Positions 1 to 8,781 of a stretch of 64,000 nt of DNA are shown here, piece by piece. The stretch lies in the NCBI GenBank assembly GCA_041178425.1, contig JBEGVH010000030.1, positions 233,137 through 297,136 of the forward strand, in the 5' to 3' direction. Numbering within the stretch: the first letter of the stretch is position 1; each line of letters opens with the position of its first letter. Source of the stretch: Pseudomonadota bacterium (GTDB lineage Bacteria > Bdellovibrionota > Bdellovibrionia > Bdellovibrionales > Bdellovibrionaceae). The notes beneath the pieces were generated by a model. It made no database searches and had not been told where the DNA came from. It saw only the letters and a list, made by a program, of their open reading frames with translations. The position numbers and the translations under genes are program-made.

Positions 1-2
1 GT

Positions 3-1145
3 CTCGACTTTCTTATTTTTCAAAGAGATGAAATTAAGCAGCTTCCCCTAAAGCCCGGTGAAGAAATAGAACTTGAAAGCAAAGTTAAGCGCATCAAAAA
101 TCGCCAAAGATTAGCACACTTTTATGCATCTGCTATTTCGGCCATCGATGAAGAGGGTGATGCTGTTGTTCCTCGTTTACAAAAAATTCTACAAAGAGGC
201 GCTGAACTCGCTTCTATGGATCCAAAGATCCAAGAAAAGCTTCAAATTATCGAACAATCCCTCACCTTGGTTCAAGACTGTGCCTATGAACTTCAGCGCT
301 CATTAGACGAACTCAACAACGACGAAGATGATGCCGAAAAACTAGAATCGCAATTGAGTCAGTGGCGGAAACTTCAAAAAAAATATGGCACAAACTTCGA
401 TGATATCCAAGCGGCCCTAGCAAAGATAGAGCGTGAGATCTCTGAGATTCAAAATGCGGAAATTCTAATTCAAGAGCTCACCAAGAAAAGACGAACAGTC
501 GAAACTTCTCTTTTAACCGTTGGAAAAAAACTCCATAGTGCCAGAGAAAAAGCGTCGCGCGACTTGGCCCGTAAAGTGAACGAGCATCTTAAGGACCTCA
601 ACATGAAAGGGGTTGTTTTCGATATTAATATCGACACCCTCACCGAACCGCAAAGCACAGGACTTTCTGATGTGGAATTTTTAAGTCAGACTTCTCCGCA
701 AGATCCGGCTCGCCCCCTCTCCAAGGTGGCCTCTGGGGGTGAGTTGAGTCGTATTTTACTATCCCTCAAATGTGTTTTGGGAGCCTCCGCCTTTCCGCGA
801 ACTTACTTGTTTGATGAAGTAGATACAGGAGTCAGTGGTAATACGGCTGACAAGGTGGCGCGTAAACTTCAACAGATCAGCCGCGGACAACAAGTTATTT
901 GTGTGACTCATTTACCTCAGGTTGCAGCTCTGGGAGAACATCACTATTCAATTCAAAAAGCCCCCACGGGAAAGAGTGTCCATATGGATGTCCAGGTTCT
1001 TGAGGGCTCAGAGCGGATCAGAGAAATTGCCCGACTCATCTCTGGAGAAACGATTACTCAAACGAGTTTGGCGCATGCCAAGGAACTTTTGGAGATCCCT
1101 TCACAATCCACCAAAAAAGGTTCCAATCGACGCTCGACCGTGTAA
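3..1145 (+). CDS. recN: DNA repair protein RecN (5'-truncated by window edge)
   Basis: Frame is open from base 3 (LDFLIFQRDEI...). C-terminal ABC signature KVASGGELSRILL, Walker B FDEVDTGVSG, QVICVTHLPQVAA and EIARL motifs. Confidence 0.95.
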   Translation, partial: LDFLIFQRDEIKQLPLKPGEEIELESKVKRIKNRQRLAHFYASAISAIDEEGDAVVPRLQKILQRGAELASMDPKIQEKLQIIEQSLTLVQDCAYELQRSLDELNNDEDDAEKLESQLSQWRKLQKKYGTNFDDIQAALAKIEREISEIQNAEILIQELTKKRRTVETSLLTVGKKLHSAREKASRDLARKVNEHLKDLNMKGVVFDINIDTLTEPQSTGLSDVEFLSQTSPQDPARPLSKVASGGELSRILLSLKCVLGASAFPRTYLFDEVDTGVSGNTADKVARKLQQISRGQQVICVTHLPQVAALGEHHYSIQKAPTGKSVHMDVQVLEGSERIREIARLISGETITQTSLAHAKELLEIPSQSTKKGSNRRSTV

Positions 1146-1304
1146 AATTTTTCATAATCGGGGTTCTTTAGGCTTCAGACACTGCCTATTTTTGTCACCA
1201 TACCATGAAATAAATTGAAAATAAAAAGGCTCTCTGTCAAACAAGCGGTTGATGAGAGCCAACGGCCTCGCACCCTAATATTTTTTACCCTATCGGAGAC
1301 CCAA

Positions 1305-2495
1305 ATGAAAAAACTACTCGCCGCTCTGTTATTCTCGAGTTTATTTTCACCCGTTGCTCACGGTGCCTACTTCACGGCCTACCTTCAGGGCACAAAACAA
1401 TCTCATAGTGCTCCAACCCACATTATTGTTGCGGGAGTGGGAATGGAACTTGGTATGAGTCTCCAGTGGGCCGCCGTTTCCAAAGCAAAACGCTACAAAG
1501 ATCTTTATCCCAACCACCAAGTATTTTTAATTGCCCACAGAGAAGATACGGTTAACGACAACCCAGTTAATAACTTCAACAAGCTTCCGGCTTGGGGTTT
1601 TAGACTCGAAAAATCATTCGATAAACTCTTTACTCAAAAAGGTTTGATCGATCAAATGGCGCAATTTTCTCAAATCGCCTCCATTGACCTCTTCACTCAT
1701 AACTCTCCTCACTACGGTGCGCAGCTCGAGAGTAAATACTACCGAATGACTCCTGAGAGCTCCGAAAACAACCGACTCGTTGGTCACTTTATGGACGATG
1801 CCTATGCTATTCTTCACGGATGCAACACAGGTTTTATTGTAGCTCCCGCTCTATCTAAAACTTGGGGAATTCCCGTGGCTGGAACTCTGGCCTCCACTGG
1901 TTTTGAATACCTTCACAAAGATGGTCAGTTCTACTTCAGTGGGGATGGCCGCGGAAGAGCTGGTCGCAATGACGTTTCATTTTCTGAGCCCATCAACTGT
2001 GAAAATGGCGCATGCTCGCGAATGAAGCCTGCCAATTTCACCTACGACGGAATTTGGGGTAATTTTGAAGGCGGTGGTCTAAATTTCTTCAAATTTTTCT
2101 GTGTCAAAAATAACTCTTCAAGCTGCTATAGAACAATGGCTAAATCACTCATTAGCTCTCTCTCCATTAAAGTGATTGGTGAGCGTCCGTCTTTAGAGGA
2201 GTATAAAGAAATACTTTTTGATTTCTTATGCACAAGCAGCTCTGGAGGAAAATTTCGCTCAATGTGTCGCCAGAATCTTGAGCGCTATCATGTCTCTAAA
2301 GTAGTTGGAAAGAACGGGTTCCAAGGCCGCCAAGTGCAGTGCTCATTTAAAGAATGCTTTGCCAAAGTGGAATGTTTCTCTTTCAACGGTCAATTGGTTC
2401 ACCACACTTGCAGTGTAAAAAACAATTGGAATGGCCAAGTCGACACACTTGAGCGCGAATACGAAGCTTACCTCAAGGGTTACGATCTATTGTAG
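1305..2495 (+). CDS. Secreted Cys-containing hypothetical protein
   Basis: GGAG RBS before ATG at 1305; signal peptide MKKLLAALLFSSLFSPVAHG; LFTHNS and LHGCNTG segments; many C-terminal Cys. Confidence 0.75.
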   Translation: MKKLLAALLFSSLFSPVAHGAYFTAYLQGTKQSHSAPTHIIVAGVGMELGMSLQWAAVSKAKRYKDLYPNHQVFLIAHREDTVNDNPVNNFNKLPAWGFRLEKSFDKLFTQKGLIDQMAQFSQIASIDLFTHNSPHYGAQLESKYYRMTPESSENNRLVGHFMDDAYAILHGCNTGFIVAPALSKTWGIPVAGTLASTGFEYLHKDGQFYFSGDGRGRAGRNDVSFSEPINCENGACSRMKPANFTYDGIWGNFEGGGLNFFKFFCVKNNSSSCYRTMAKSLISSLSIKVIGERPSLEEYKEILFDFLCTSSSGGKFRSMCRQNLERYHVSKVVGKNGFQGRQVQCSFKECFAKVECFSFNGQLVHHTCSVKNNWNGQVDTLEREYEAYLKGYDLL

Positions 2496-2525
2496 TCGTC
2501 TCTAATGAGTAATTTAATCTTAAGT

Positions 2526-2550
2526 AAAGGGGGTACTACCCCCTTTTGTT
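2526..2550. terminator. Probable bidirectional intrinsic terminator
   Basis: AAAGGGGGTA-C-TACCCCCTTT inverted repeat between convergent genes. Confidence 0.8.
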
Positions 2551-2551
2551 T

Positions 2552-3505
2552 TTAGAGAGCATTTAGCTCTGCAATAAATTTTTTCACCTCGCCCATAAAA
2601 GCAGAAATTATCTCGGGCTTGTCAGGTTGGATATGCGCGCCCGGGAGGGTGACTAGTTTTTTAGGTTCTTTCAAATTATCAAAGAGGCCGCTTTGCGATT
2701 GCGGAGGAAAAACCGTATCGCTCTCACCGTTAACAACTAAGAACGGCCCCTTCAGGTGAGACACATGATTTTTTGGTTCTAAAAACCAGGTTTGCTGTCG
2801 AATAACTAACTTAGAAACCTCTAATTCATTAGAACCCATATTTTTTATTAGCTCACCACCAATAACCTCAGCGATGTCGACACCACCATAACCAAATACC
2901 GTCGCGCGAGAGAAGTAGCCTTCTTGGTTGAGAAATCTCTGCGCCAATGGATAAAACAAAGTACCAAAGCTCACTGTGATGACATTAATTTTTTTATTGT
3001 CGATATAGGGTTGTTGATGTAGCCACGCCAAGCCCACACTCATAAGCAGTGGAATCATTTGCATGCGGGTCCAATCCCACTGAACTAAACCATTATTATT
3101 TTTAAACGGCCAAGGATACTGAAACCCAACATAGACGGAGTTTTCTGGATCGCCAACGAGATTGATTGCGTCACTCCCTGTTTGAAAGCCCGTAAAGAGG
3201 ACTAATGCCGAGAGTGGAGGGCGAAAAGTACTCGGAAACTTCATGACCATGGAAATCTCGGGATAACCTTCTGCTTTGAGGCGAACAGTTTGTAAAACAA
3301 ACTTTGAAGATGTCTTATTTTCGATTGCGCTCACCACAAATTTTGGTAAGCCCTCGGTGACTTTATAAAACTGTTTAATTTTATCGAACGACTCTTCTGT
3401 CGAAGGGTCGGCAGGCATTGGCGGTACATCCAATTTTTTTCCATAAACCTTAAACCCTAAACCGCAAACCAAAACAAAAGTGCAAAAAAACTTAACTTTG
3501 CTCAT
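2552..3505 (-). CDS. Secreted alpha/beta hydrolase-fold protein
   Basis: N-terminal hydrophobic segment; VSFG nucleophile-elbow-like motif, NGESD and GAH. Confidence 0.65.
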   Translation of the reverse strand: MSKVKFFCTFVLVCGLGFKVYGKKLDVPPMPADPSTEESFDKIKQFYKVTEGLPKFVVSAIENKTSSKFVLQTVRLKAEGYPEISMVMKFPSTFRPPLSALVLFTGFQTGSDAINLVGDPENSVYVGFQYPWPFKNNNGLVQWDWTRMQMIPLLMSVGLAWLHQQPYIDNKKINVITVSFGTLFYPLAQRFLNQEGYFSRATVFGYGGVDIAEVIGGELIKNMGSNELEVSKLVIRQQTWFLEPKNHVSHLKGPFLVVNGESDTVFPPQSQSGLFDNLKEPKKLVTLPGAHIQPDKPEIISAFMGEVKKFIAELNAL

Positions 3506-3596
3506 GGGAACAGACTACCAAAACTCCCTCCCAACGAGTCTCTAAAAACATCTCCACTTTCTCTTTTTCACCACACCAGCCAAAAAAAGGCTCACC

Positions 3597-3793
3597 CCCT
3601 GTAGGCCGCACAAGCCGATGACGACGCCAACGACGATGCCAACGACGAGGACGGCACCTCCTCCGCATCATTTTTCGCTCCAGAATCGCCGTCATCGAGG
3701 CGGCGAGGAAGAGGCGCGGAGGCCTACTCCCTGTAGGCCGCACAAGCCGATGACGATGCCAACGACGAGGACGGCGATTCTGGAGCGAAAAAT
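3597..3793. repeat. GC-rich structured repeat element (direct repeat plus 24-bp inverted repeat)
   Basis: CCCTGTAGGCCGCACAAGCCGATGACGA...GCCAACGACGAGGACGGC at 3597-3655 and 3729-3775; perfect inverted repeat 3670-3693 / 3770-3793; inner hairpin GGCCTAC-TCCCT-GTAGGCC. Confidence 0.85.
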
Positions 3794-4027
3794 AGATTTG
3801 CCCTGAGGGTGGCGTTCCCCCAGGGCGGGCTTAAGAGTCGAGGTCTGTGGGCGACGACTCAAAAAACTCTTTAAATTTCTATCAGGGAAGGTTAGAGCGT
3901 CGTCATTCTGATGTTCGCTCTCAAGATGCTTTTTCCCTATCAATTTTTTTACGCCACTCTAACCCTCGAGGTAGAAATGCTCCAAGTTAGCGCCCATGAG
4001 TAAGCACAGGTGCTTAGAGCGATCGAC

Positions 4028-4855
4028 CTAGGCAAGCAACTTCAGGGCCACCGCTGGCAACTGATTAGCTTGGGCCAAGACAGACACGGCGGATTGCTGC
4101 AATATATTTGCAGAGGCCATTTCTGCTGACTCCCGAGCTACGTCGGTGTCGCGAATTCGAGAATTCGCAGCACTTAAGTTCTCGTGTTGCACATCTAAGT
4201 TACTCACGGTTGCAAATAATCTATTTTGAATGGCACCAAAATTCGCTCTCATCGATCCAATTTTTACGAGAGCGTCATCGACAACTTCCAATGTATCGCG
4301 GGCTCCACCTTTGTCGGATATATCAAGATCAGAGATACCAATGGCTTTAGCTGTGGCATCTGTTGAGAGATCGTAGGAGACTCTGTTTTCGTTTCCACTA
4401 AAGGCTCCCACATGAAATTCCATTTTTCCGCCAGAACCATCGAGGAGAGTTTTTGCTCCAAATCGGGTGGTTTTAGCGATTCGATCTGATTCTTGAACGA
4501 GATGCTTTACTTCTTGATTGAGAAATCCTCGTTCGGTTTCACCAATGTTGTCGCTGGCCGCCTGGATTCCCAGTTCGCGCAAACGAATGAGGATATTACT
4601 AATCTCATTGAGGCCGCCCTCAGAGATTTGGATAGCCGATCCAGCGTTGTAGGCATTATTTCGGGCCTGACTTATCCCCCGAATCTGCCCTTTCAAGCTT
4701 TCCGAAATCGACAAACCTGCTGCATCATCGGCGGCATTAACGATTCGACTGCCCGATGACAATGCTTGAGCCGCATGTTCCGCCCGCTTCTGCTGGTTAC
4801 TTAAAACCCGCTGGGCGCTAATCGACGCCATGTTAGTGTTTATTCTTAAGCCCAT
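4028..4855 (-). CDS. fliC: Flagellin (short type), downstream paralog
   Basis: MGLRINTN...LSSGSRIVNAADDAAGL N-terminus and SRIRDTDVARE...LAQANQ C-terminus; GGAGGAG RBS. Confidence 0.95.
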   Translation of the reverse strand: MGLRINTNMASISAQRVLSNQQKRAEHAAQALSSGSRIVNAADDAAGLSISESLKGQIRGISQARNNAYNAGSAIQISEGGLNEISNILIRLRELGIQAASDNIGETERGFLNQEVKHLVQESDRIAKTTRFGAKTLLDGSGGKMEFHVGAFSGNENRVSYDLSTDATAKAIGISDLDISDKGGARDTLEVVDDALVKIGSMRANFGAIQNRLFATVSNLDVQHENLSAANSRIRDTDVARESAEMASANILQQSAVSVLAQANQLPAVALKLLA

Positions 4856-5043
4856 ATGTTGATCTCCTCCTTCAGAGATTTAGCGATACCTTGCCGACCG
4901 AGAATTCCACAGCTCTCGAGCGACAAGCGTGTTCGATGAACACAAAATTGTTTTTGTTTATGTGTTGAGAAGAGATCTTGGGATTTGCTACTCGTTGTTA
5001 CTGCTGAACGAGGAGTTTTCCGTTGAGGTCTTCGTCATGCACG
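4856..5043 (-). promoter_or_regulatory. Long structured 5' leader of the downstream flagellin
   Basis: About 190 nt between sigma28 promoter and ATG; stem-loop CUCGUU-CAGCAGUAAC-AACGAG (4991-5012); GAUCUCUUCU (4968-4977) can pair with SD region GGAGGAGAUC (4861-4870). Confidence 0.6.
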
Positions 5044-5049
5044 TATTAC

Positions 5050-5076
5050 TTCTCGGCGAAGGTCCAGGAAACTTTA
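5050..5076 (-). promoter_or_regulatory. Sigma28 (FliA) promoter of the downstream flagellin
   Basis: Minus strand TAAAGTTT-N11-GCCGAGAA versus consensus TAAAGTTT-N11-GCCGATAA. Confidence 0.85.
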
Positions 5077-5157
5077 GGGCCAAAGTCTAGGTTTTTTTGG
5101 GCGCAGCGCATCTTGTGATTGAAATGACTAACTTTTGAATTGAAAAATATTTTAGCC

Positions 5158-5191
5158 AAAGGTCTAGGTCTAGCTCGACTAGACCTAGACC
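5158..5191 (-). terminator. Probable terminator of the upstream flagellin
   Basis: Perfect 13-bp stem GGTCTAGGTCTAG-CTCGA-CTAGACCTAGACC about 40 nt after the stop, followed by a short U-run on the minus strand. Confidence 0.7.
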
Positions 5192-5232
5192 AAGGTGGGT
5201 TGGGGCGCTACAAAAATTGATTAGAAATTATT

Positions 5233-6060
5233 CTAATCGAGCAGTCTCAGTGCTGACTGCTCCAAGATGTTAGCTTGAGAGAGAACTGCGATCTGATATT
5301 GAGTTTGAATTTTTCCTTTTGTCATTTTTGTAACGGCATCAGCAACATCGGTATCCGCCATTTTTGATCGCGCCTCTTCAATGCTGATTTCATGCGACAA
5401 GAGATGATCGACAGCATGCTGAAGTCTCGACTGAAGCGAGCCAAAAGAGGCACGAGCGACTCCTATTTTGGAAAGTGCTTCATCAAGATCTGCGATGGCG
5501 TCAACAGCATCGTCCTTGTCGGCAAGGCCTAAGTGGTTGAGCCCCAGCGAATCAGAGGAAGTATTGGCTTCGAGAGAATAGGAAATTTTATTTTCTTTCC
5601 CTCCGTAGGCGCCCACTTGGAATTCAAATTTTTTTCCACTACCAATGAGCAACTTGTTTGATCCGAACTGGGTGGTTTTTGATACTCGATCTACTTCACT
5701 GCTCAGTTGCTGAAACTCATCGTTGAGCATTTGGCGTTCAACATCAGACACGGTGTCACTGGCTGCTTGGATGGCCAATTCTCGCAGACGAATAATAATA
5801 TTATTTTGTTCGTTAAGCCCGCCTTCGGCCACTTGAATAAGCGAAATCGCATTGTCAGCATTCAAACGTGAGGCCCTAAGGCCACTCGCTTGTCCGCGCA
5901 AATGTTCGGAAATGGAAAAACTCGCAGGATCTTCATCGGAAGTGGCCAAGCGTGAGCCCGATGCTAATTGAGCCATGGCGCGATTGGTCTCGGCCTGGCT
6001 GCCTCTCATGTATTTAATAGCCGACAAAGCAGCCATGTTAGTGCCTATGCGAAGGCCCAT
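5233..6060 (-). CDS. fliC: Flagellin (short type), upstream and more divergent paralog
   Basis: MGLRIGTN start at 6060 with AGGAGG RBS; QVAEGGLNE, RLRELAIQAASDT and DTDVA motifs. Confidence 0.92.
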   Translation of the reverse strand: MGLRIGTNMAALSAIKYMRGSQAETNRAMAQLASGSRLATSDEDPASFSISEHLRGQASGLRASRLNADNAISLIQVAEGGLNEQNNIIIRLRELAIQAASDTVSDVERQMLNDEFQQLSSEVDRVSKTTQFGSNKLLIGSGKKFEFQVGAYGGKENKISYSLEANTSSDSLGLNHLGLADKDDAVDAIADLDEALSKIGVARASFGSLQSRLQHAVDHLLSHEISIEEARSKMADTDVADAVTKMTKGKIQTQYQIAVLSQANILEQSALRLLD

Positions 6061-6147
6061 TGGAATCCCTCCTACGTTGTCTGTTGCCCAACAGATCAAG
6101 GTGAGGGTCGCCCACAGAATTTAAACTCTCGTTCAGCAGTAAGGTCC

Positions 6148-6176
6148 ATAGTATTGCTGCGCATTGTTATTGTAAA
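6148..6176 (-). promoter_or_regulatory. Sigma70-type promoter of the upstream flagellin
   Basis: Minus strand TTTACA-N17-TACTAT with AT-rich upstream tract; predicted +1 near 6140-6142. Confidence 0.65.
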
Positions 6177-6264
6177 TAAGTTTTATATGCACCCCGTTAA
6201 GTAAATGAAATCTATTTGGAATTTATTTACCAAAAAGAAACAACGTCTTCACTATGCAGAAAGC

Positions 6265-6424
6265 CTCTCCCTCTTTGCGGGGTAATTAAAACAGCGATAA
6301 CTTCGGGACGGCCATTCCATGGCCTCCGCCGGCGTGGCCTGCCCCGTTGGGGCAAGGCCAACACATCACGTTCGCCGGAGCCCGAATTTCTTCGCTGTTT
6401 TAATTACCCAACTAAGAGGGAGAG
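6265..6424. repeat. Palindromic element, copy A (conserved GC-rich core in long inverted-repeat arms)
   Basis: Arms 6280-6297 / 6392-6409 (perfect 18 bp) and 6265-6275 / 6414-6424; core 6301-6392 resembles the reverse complement of 59656-59745. Confidence 0.9.
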
Positions 6425-6450
6425 ATGCCTGCGTTTTGGCTAAACTTAGA

Positions 6451-7200
6451 TTAAGCTTCGATAAAGCTGCCGCCTTGATCATCGAGCTTATAAACGGAGG
6501 TGCGATTATTGAGCCAACTGCCAAGATTGACAGATTTAATGACTCGGTTTTCAAATTCGAACGAGTATTCATCGAGAACATGAAAGTGGCCTGTGATAAC
6601 AAACTGAGAGCGATCTCGATCGGCAATCGCGCGAGCGTATTCGCGAGAAAGAAGTCGTAAATAGTCTTGTTGGTCTTGCCGTTGCACACGACTTTTTTTG
6701 GAAGAGGCTTTACTCATTTGAGTTCCAACCCAATCCCAGAACCCGCCGGGAAGAGTGTGGGCCAACTTCTGCATAAACGGAGAGCGAATTTTCTTTCGAT
6801 ACTTCAAGTAAGCTTCATCGCGCAAATTGATTTCATCCCCATGAGCCATATGAACAATCCAGGGCCCCATAGGCATTGATAGAGGGCCGGTTAAAACCGT
6901 GGCGCCCATCTTTTGCTCCCAAAAAGGGGCAATATGAACATCGTGATTACCTTCAAAGTAGATAAGTTGAAGACGGTGTTTTTTGGTGAGAGACTCAATG
7001 GCCTTAATAATTGGATTCCATCGTTTCACAAAAACTTCGTGATCGCTGATCCAGAGATCAAAAATATCACCCAAAAAACACAGATGCGTTACCGATCCTT
7101 GGGGTTGCTGCCACAACGAAAGCAAAAAGCGCAACAGCTTTTGACTGTTGCGCTCTTCCATCGATTTTAAATGTAGATCTGAAATAAAGTAAGCCTGCAA
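6451..7200 (-). CDS. lpxH: UDP-2,3-diacylglucosamine diphosphatase (LpxH-like metallophosphoesterase)
   Basis: SDLH, GDIFDLW, GNHD, HGD, GHFH and NLGSW motifs. Confidence 0.85.
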   Translation of the reverse strand: MQAYFISDLHLKSMEERNSQKLLRFLLSLWQQPQGSVTHLCFLGDIFDLWISDHEVFVKRWNPIIKAIESLTKKHRLQLIYFEGNHDVHIAPFWEQKMGATVLTGPLSMPMGPWIVHMAHGDEINLRDEAYLKYRKKIRSPFMQKLAHTLPGGFWDWVGTQMSKASSKKSRVQRQDQQDYLRLLSREYARAIADRDRSQFVITGHFHVLDEYSFEFENRVIKSVNLGSWLNNRTSVYKLDDQGGSFIEA

Positions 7201-7212
7201 ATCAGTTCCCTA

Positions 7213-8766
7213 TTACTTTTTGTCGGCGTCTGCCTCGTATCCTTGTTGTTTACGACGTAAAAAAGCAGGAACCTCAAAATTCTGTGAAAAAGGATTTCTC
7301 AGTGCCTCTCGCGCCAGTCGCCGAGCTTCTTCAAGAGCCGCTTCGTCCATATTGACTCCACTGCCTTCAGTTCCGCGAGTTCTAACATCCTGAGTTTCAC
7401 GAAAAGATCTCGCCTTAGCAATTAATAAATCTCTCGGAAGGCCTCCTGACTCAGTTGGCTGGGCATTTTCCTGAATTTTTCTTTGAGCGTCAACAGGCTC
7501 GCTCGCAACAAGTGTCTCTGCGGGAGGCATCACTGGCTGGTGAGTCATCGGCTGAAGGCCTTGAGTCATCATTGGTTGGGACATCATTGGTTGAGCGATG
7601 TGTTGTTGATATGTTTGATTCGGCATCTGCGGCTGTGTTGGCATTACCTGTTGAGTCACAGGGTGAATCATTGTCTGCATCGGTTGAGACATTGGATTCA
7701 TCATGGGCGCAGGGGCTGCTTGTTGTGCGTTGACAACGGGTTGTGCCGGTTGGCGATGAAGAAAGTCTTGCATTTGCTGAGCAAGATGCTGACCAGCTTC
7801 TTTTTGTTGGCTGTATTCAAAACCGGTTGCAATAACAGTAACACGAATTTCGTCGCCCAGAGTATCATCGATAACCGCTCCAAAGATAACTTCTGCATCT
7901 TCATGGGCTGATTCGGTAATAAGCGTAGACGCTTCGTTAACTTCGTAAAGGCTAAGATCTGGTCCACCGGTCACATTGATGATAATGCCTGTGGCTCCAT
8001 CAATGGAAATGTTCTCAAGAAGTGGAGAAGAGATAGCGGCTGTAGCAGCTTCAACAGCGCGATTTTCTCCGCGAGCACTTCCTGTGCCCATAAGAGCAAT
8101 GCCTCGGCTAGACATTACGGTGCGGATATCAGCAAAGTCGAGGTTGATTAAACCACGAATATTAATAAGGTCAGAAATCCCTTTAACTGCTTGAAGTAGT
8201 ACTTCGTCTGCTTTTTTAAAGGTCTCAAGGAGTGGAGTTCGTTCAGAAGAAATGCTGAGTAGTTTTTGGTTAGGAATAACAATAAGTGTATCAACATTTT
8301 CTTTTAACTCTTGAAGTCCAAGATCAGCGTGTTTCTGACGCTTTTTACCTTCAAAAACAAAAGGCTTCGTTACAACACCAATAGTAAGGGCGCCAAGTTC
8401 TCGAGCGATTTTTGCAACCACAGGAGCTCCACCCGTTCCGGTTCCGCCACCCATACCAGCGGTAACAAAAACCATGTCGGCGCCTTCAATTTTTTCAACG
8501 ATATCATTATAAGATTCAATGGCCGCGCGACGACCGATGTCTGGATTAGCTCCAGCGCCGAGTCCCTTTGTGAGCTCAGAGCCTAATTGAATACGATTCT
8601 TCGCTTTATGAGCAGCAAGGGCCTGACGATCAGTATTGGCCACAATAAATTCAACGCCATTCATACCTGAATCGATCATTGTTGAAACGGCGTTATTACC
8701 ACCGCCACCAACGCCAACAACTTTAATATTTGCACCGATATTGATATTTTCTTCTAGCTCAAACAT
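7213..8766 (-). CDS. ftsZ: Cell division protein FtsZ with long Q/P/M-rich linker
   Basis: [30 protein letters not shown]-terminal peptide FEVPAFLRR. Confidence 0.98.
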   Translation of the reverse strand: MFELEENINIGANIKVVGVGGGGNNAVSTMIDSGMNGVEFIVANTDRQALAAHKAKNRIQLGSELTKGLGAGANPDIGRRAAIESYNDIVEKIEGADMVFVTAGMGGGTGTGGAPVVAKIARELGALTIGVVTKPFVFEGKKRQKHADLGLQELKENVDTLIVIPNQKLLSISSERTPLLETFKKADEVLLQAVKGISDLINIRGLINLDFADIRTVMSSRGIALMGTGSARGENRAVEAATAAISSPLLENISIDGATGIIINVTGGPDLSLYEVNEASTLITESAHEDAEVIFGAVIDDTLGDEIRVTVIATGFEYSQQKEAGQHLAQQMQDFLHRQPAQPVVNAQQAAPAPMMNPMSQPMQTMIHPVTQQVMPTQPQMPNQTYQQHIAQPMMSQPMMTQGLQPMTHQPVMPPAETLVASEPVDAQRKIQENAQPTESGGLPRDLLIAKARSFRETQDVRTRGTEGSGVNMDEAALEEARRLAREALRNPFSQNFEVPAFLRRKQQGYEADADKK

Positions 8767-8781
8767 GATCCCTCCCGAATC

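Noticed and set aside
3597..3793. CRISPR array
   Set aside because: Only two unequal direct repeats, the intervening DNA is itself structured, and there are no cas genes.
3492..3943. Short ORFs over the repeat element
   Set aside because: They translate the GC-rich repeat, lack an RBS and show no recognisable domain.
6216..6689. Short ORFs at 6216, 6319 and 6366
   Set aside because: They overlap the palindromic element or the lpxH 3' end; shadow frames.
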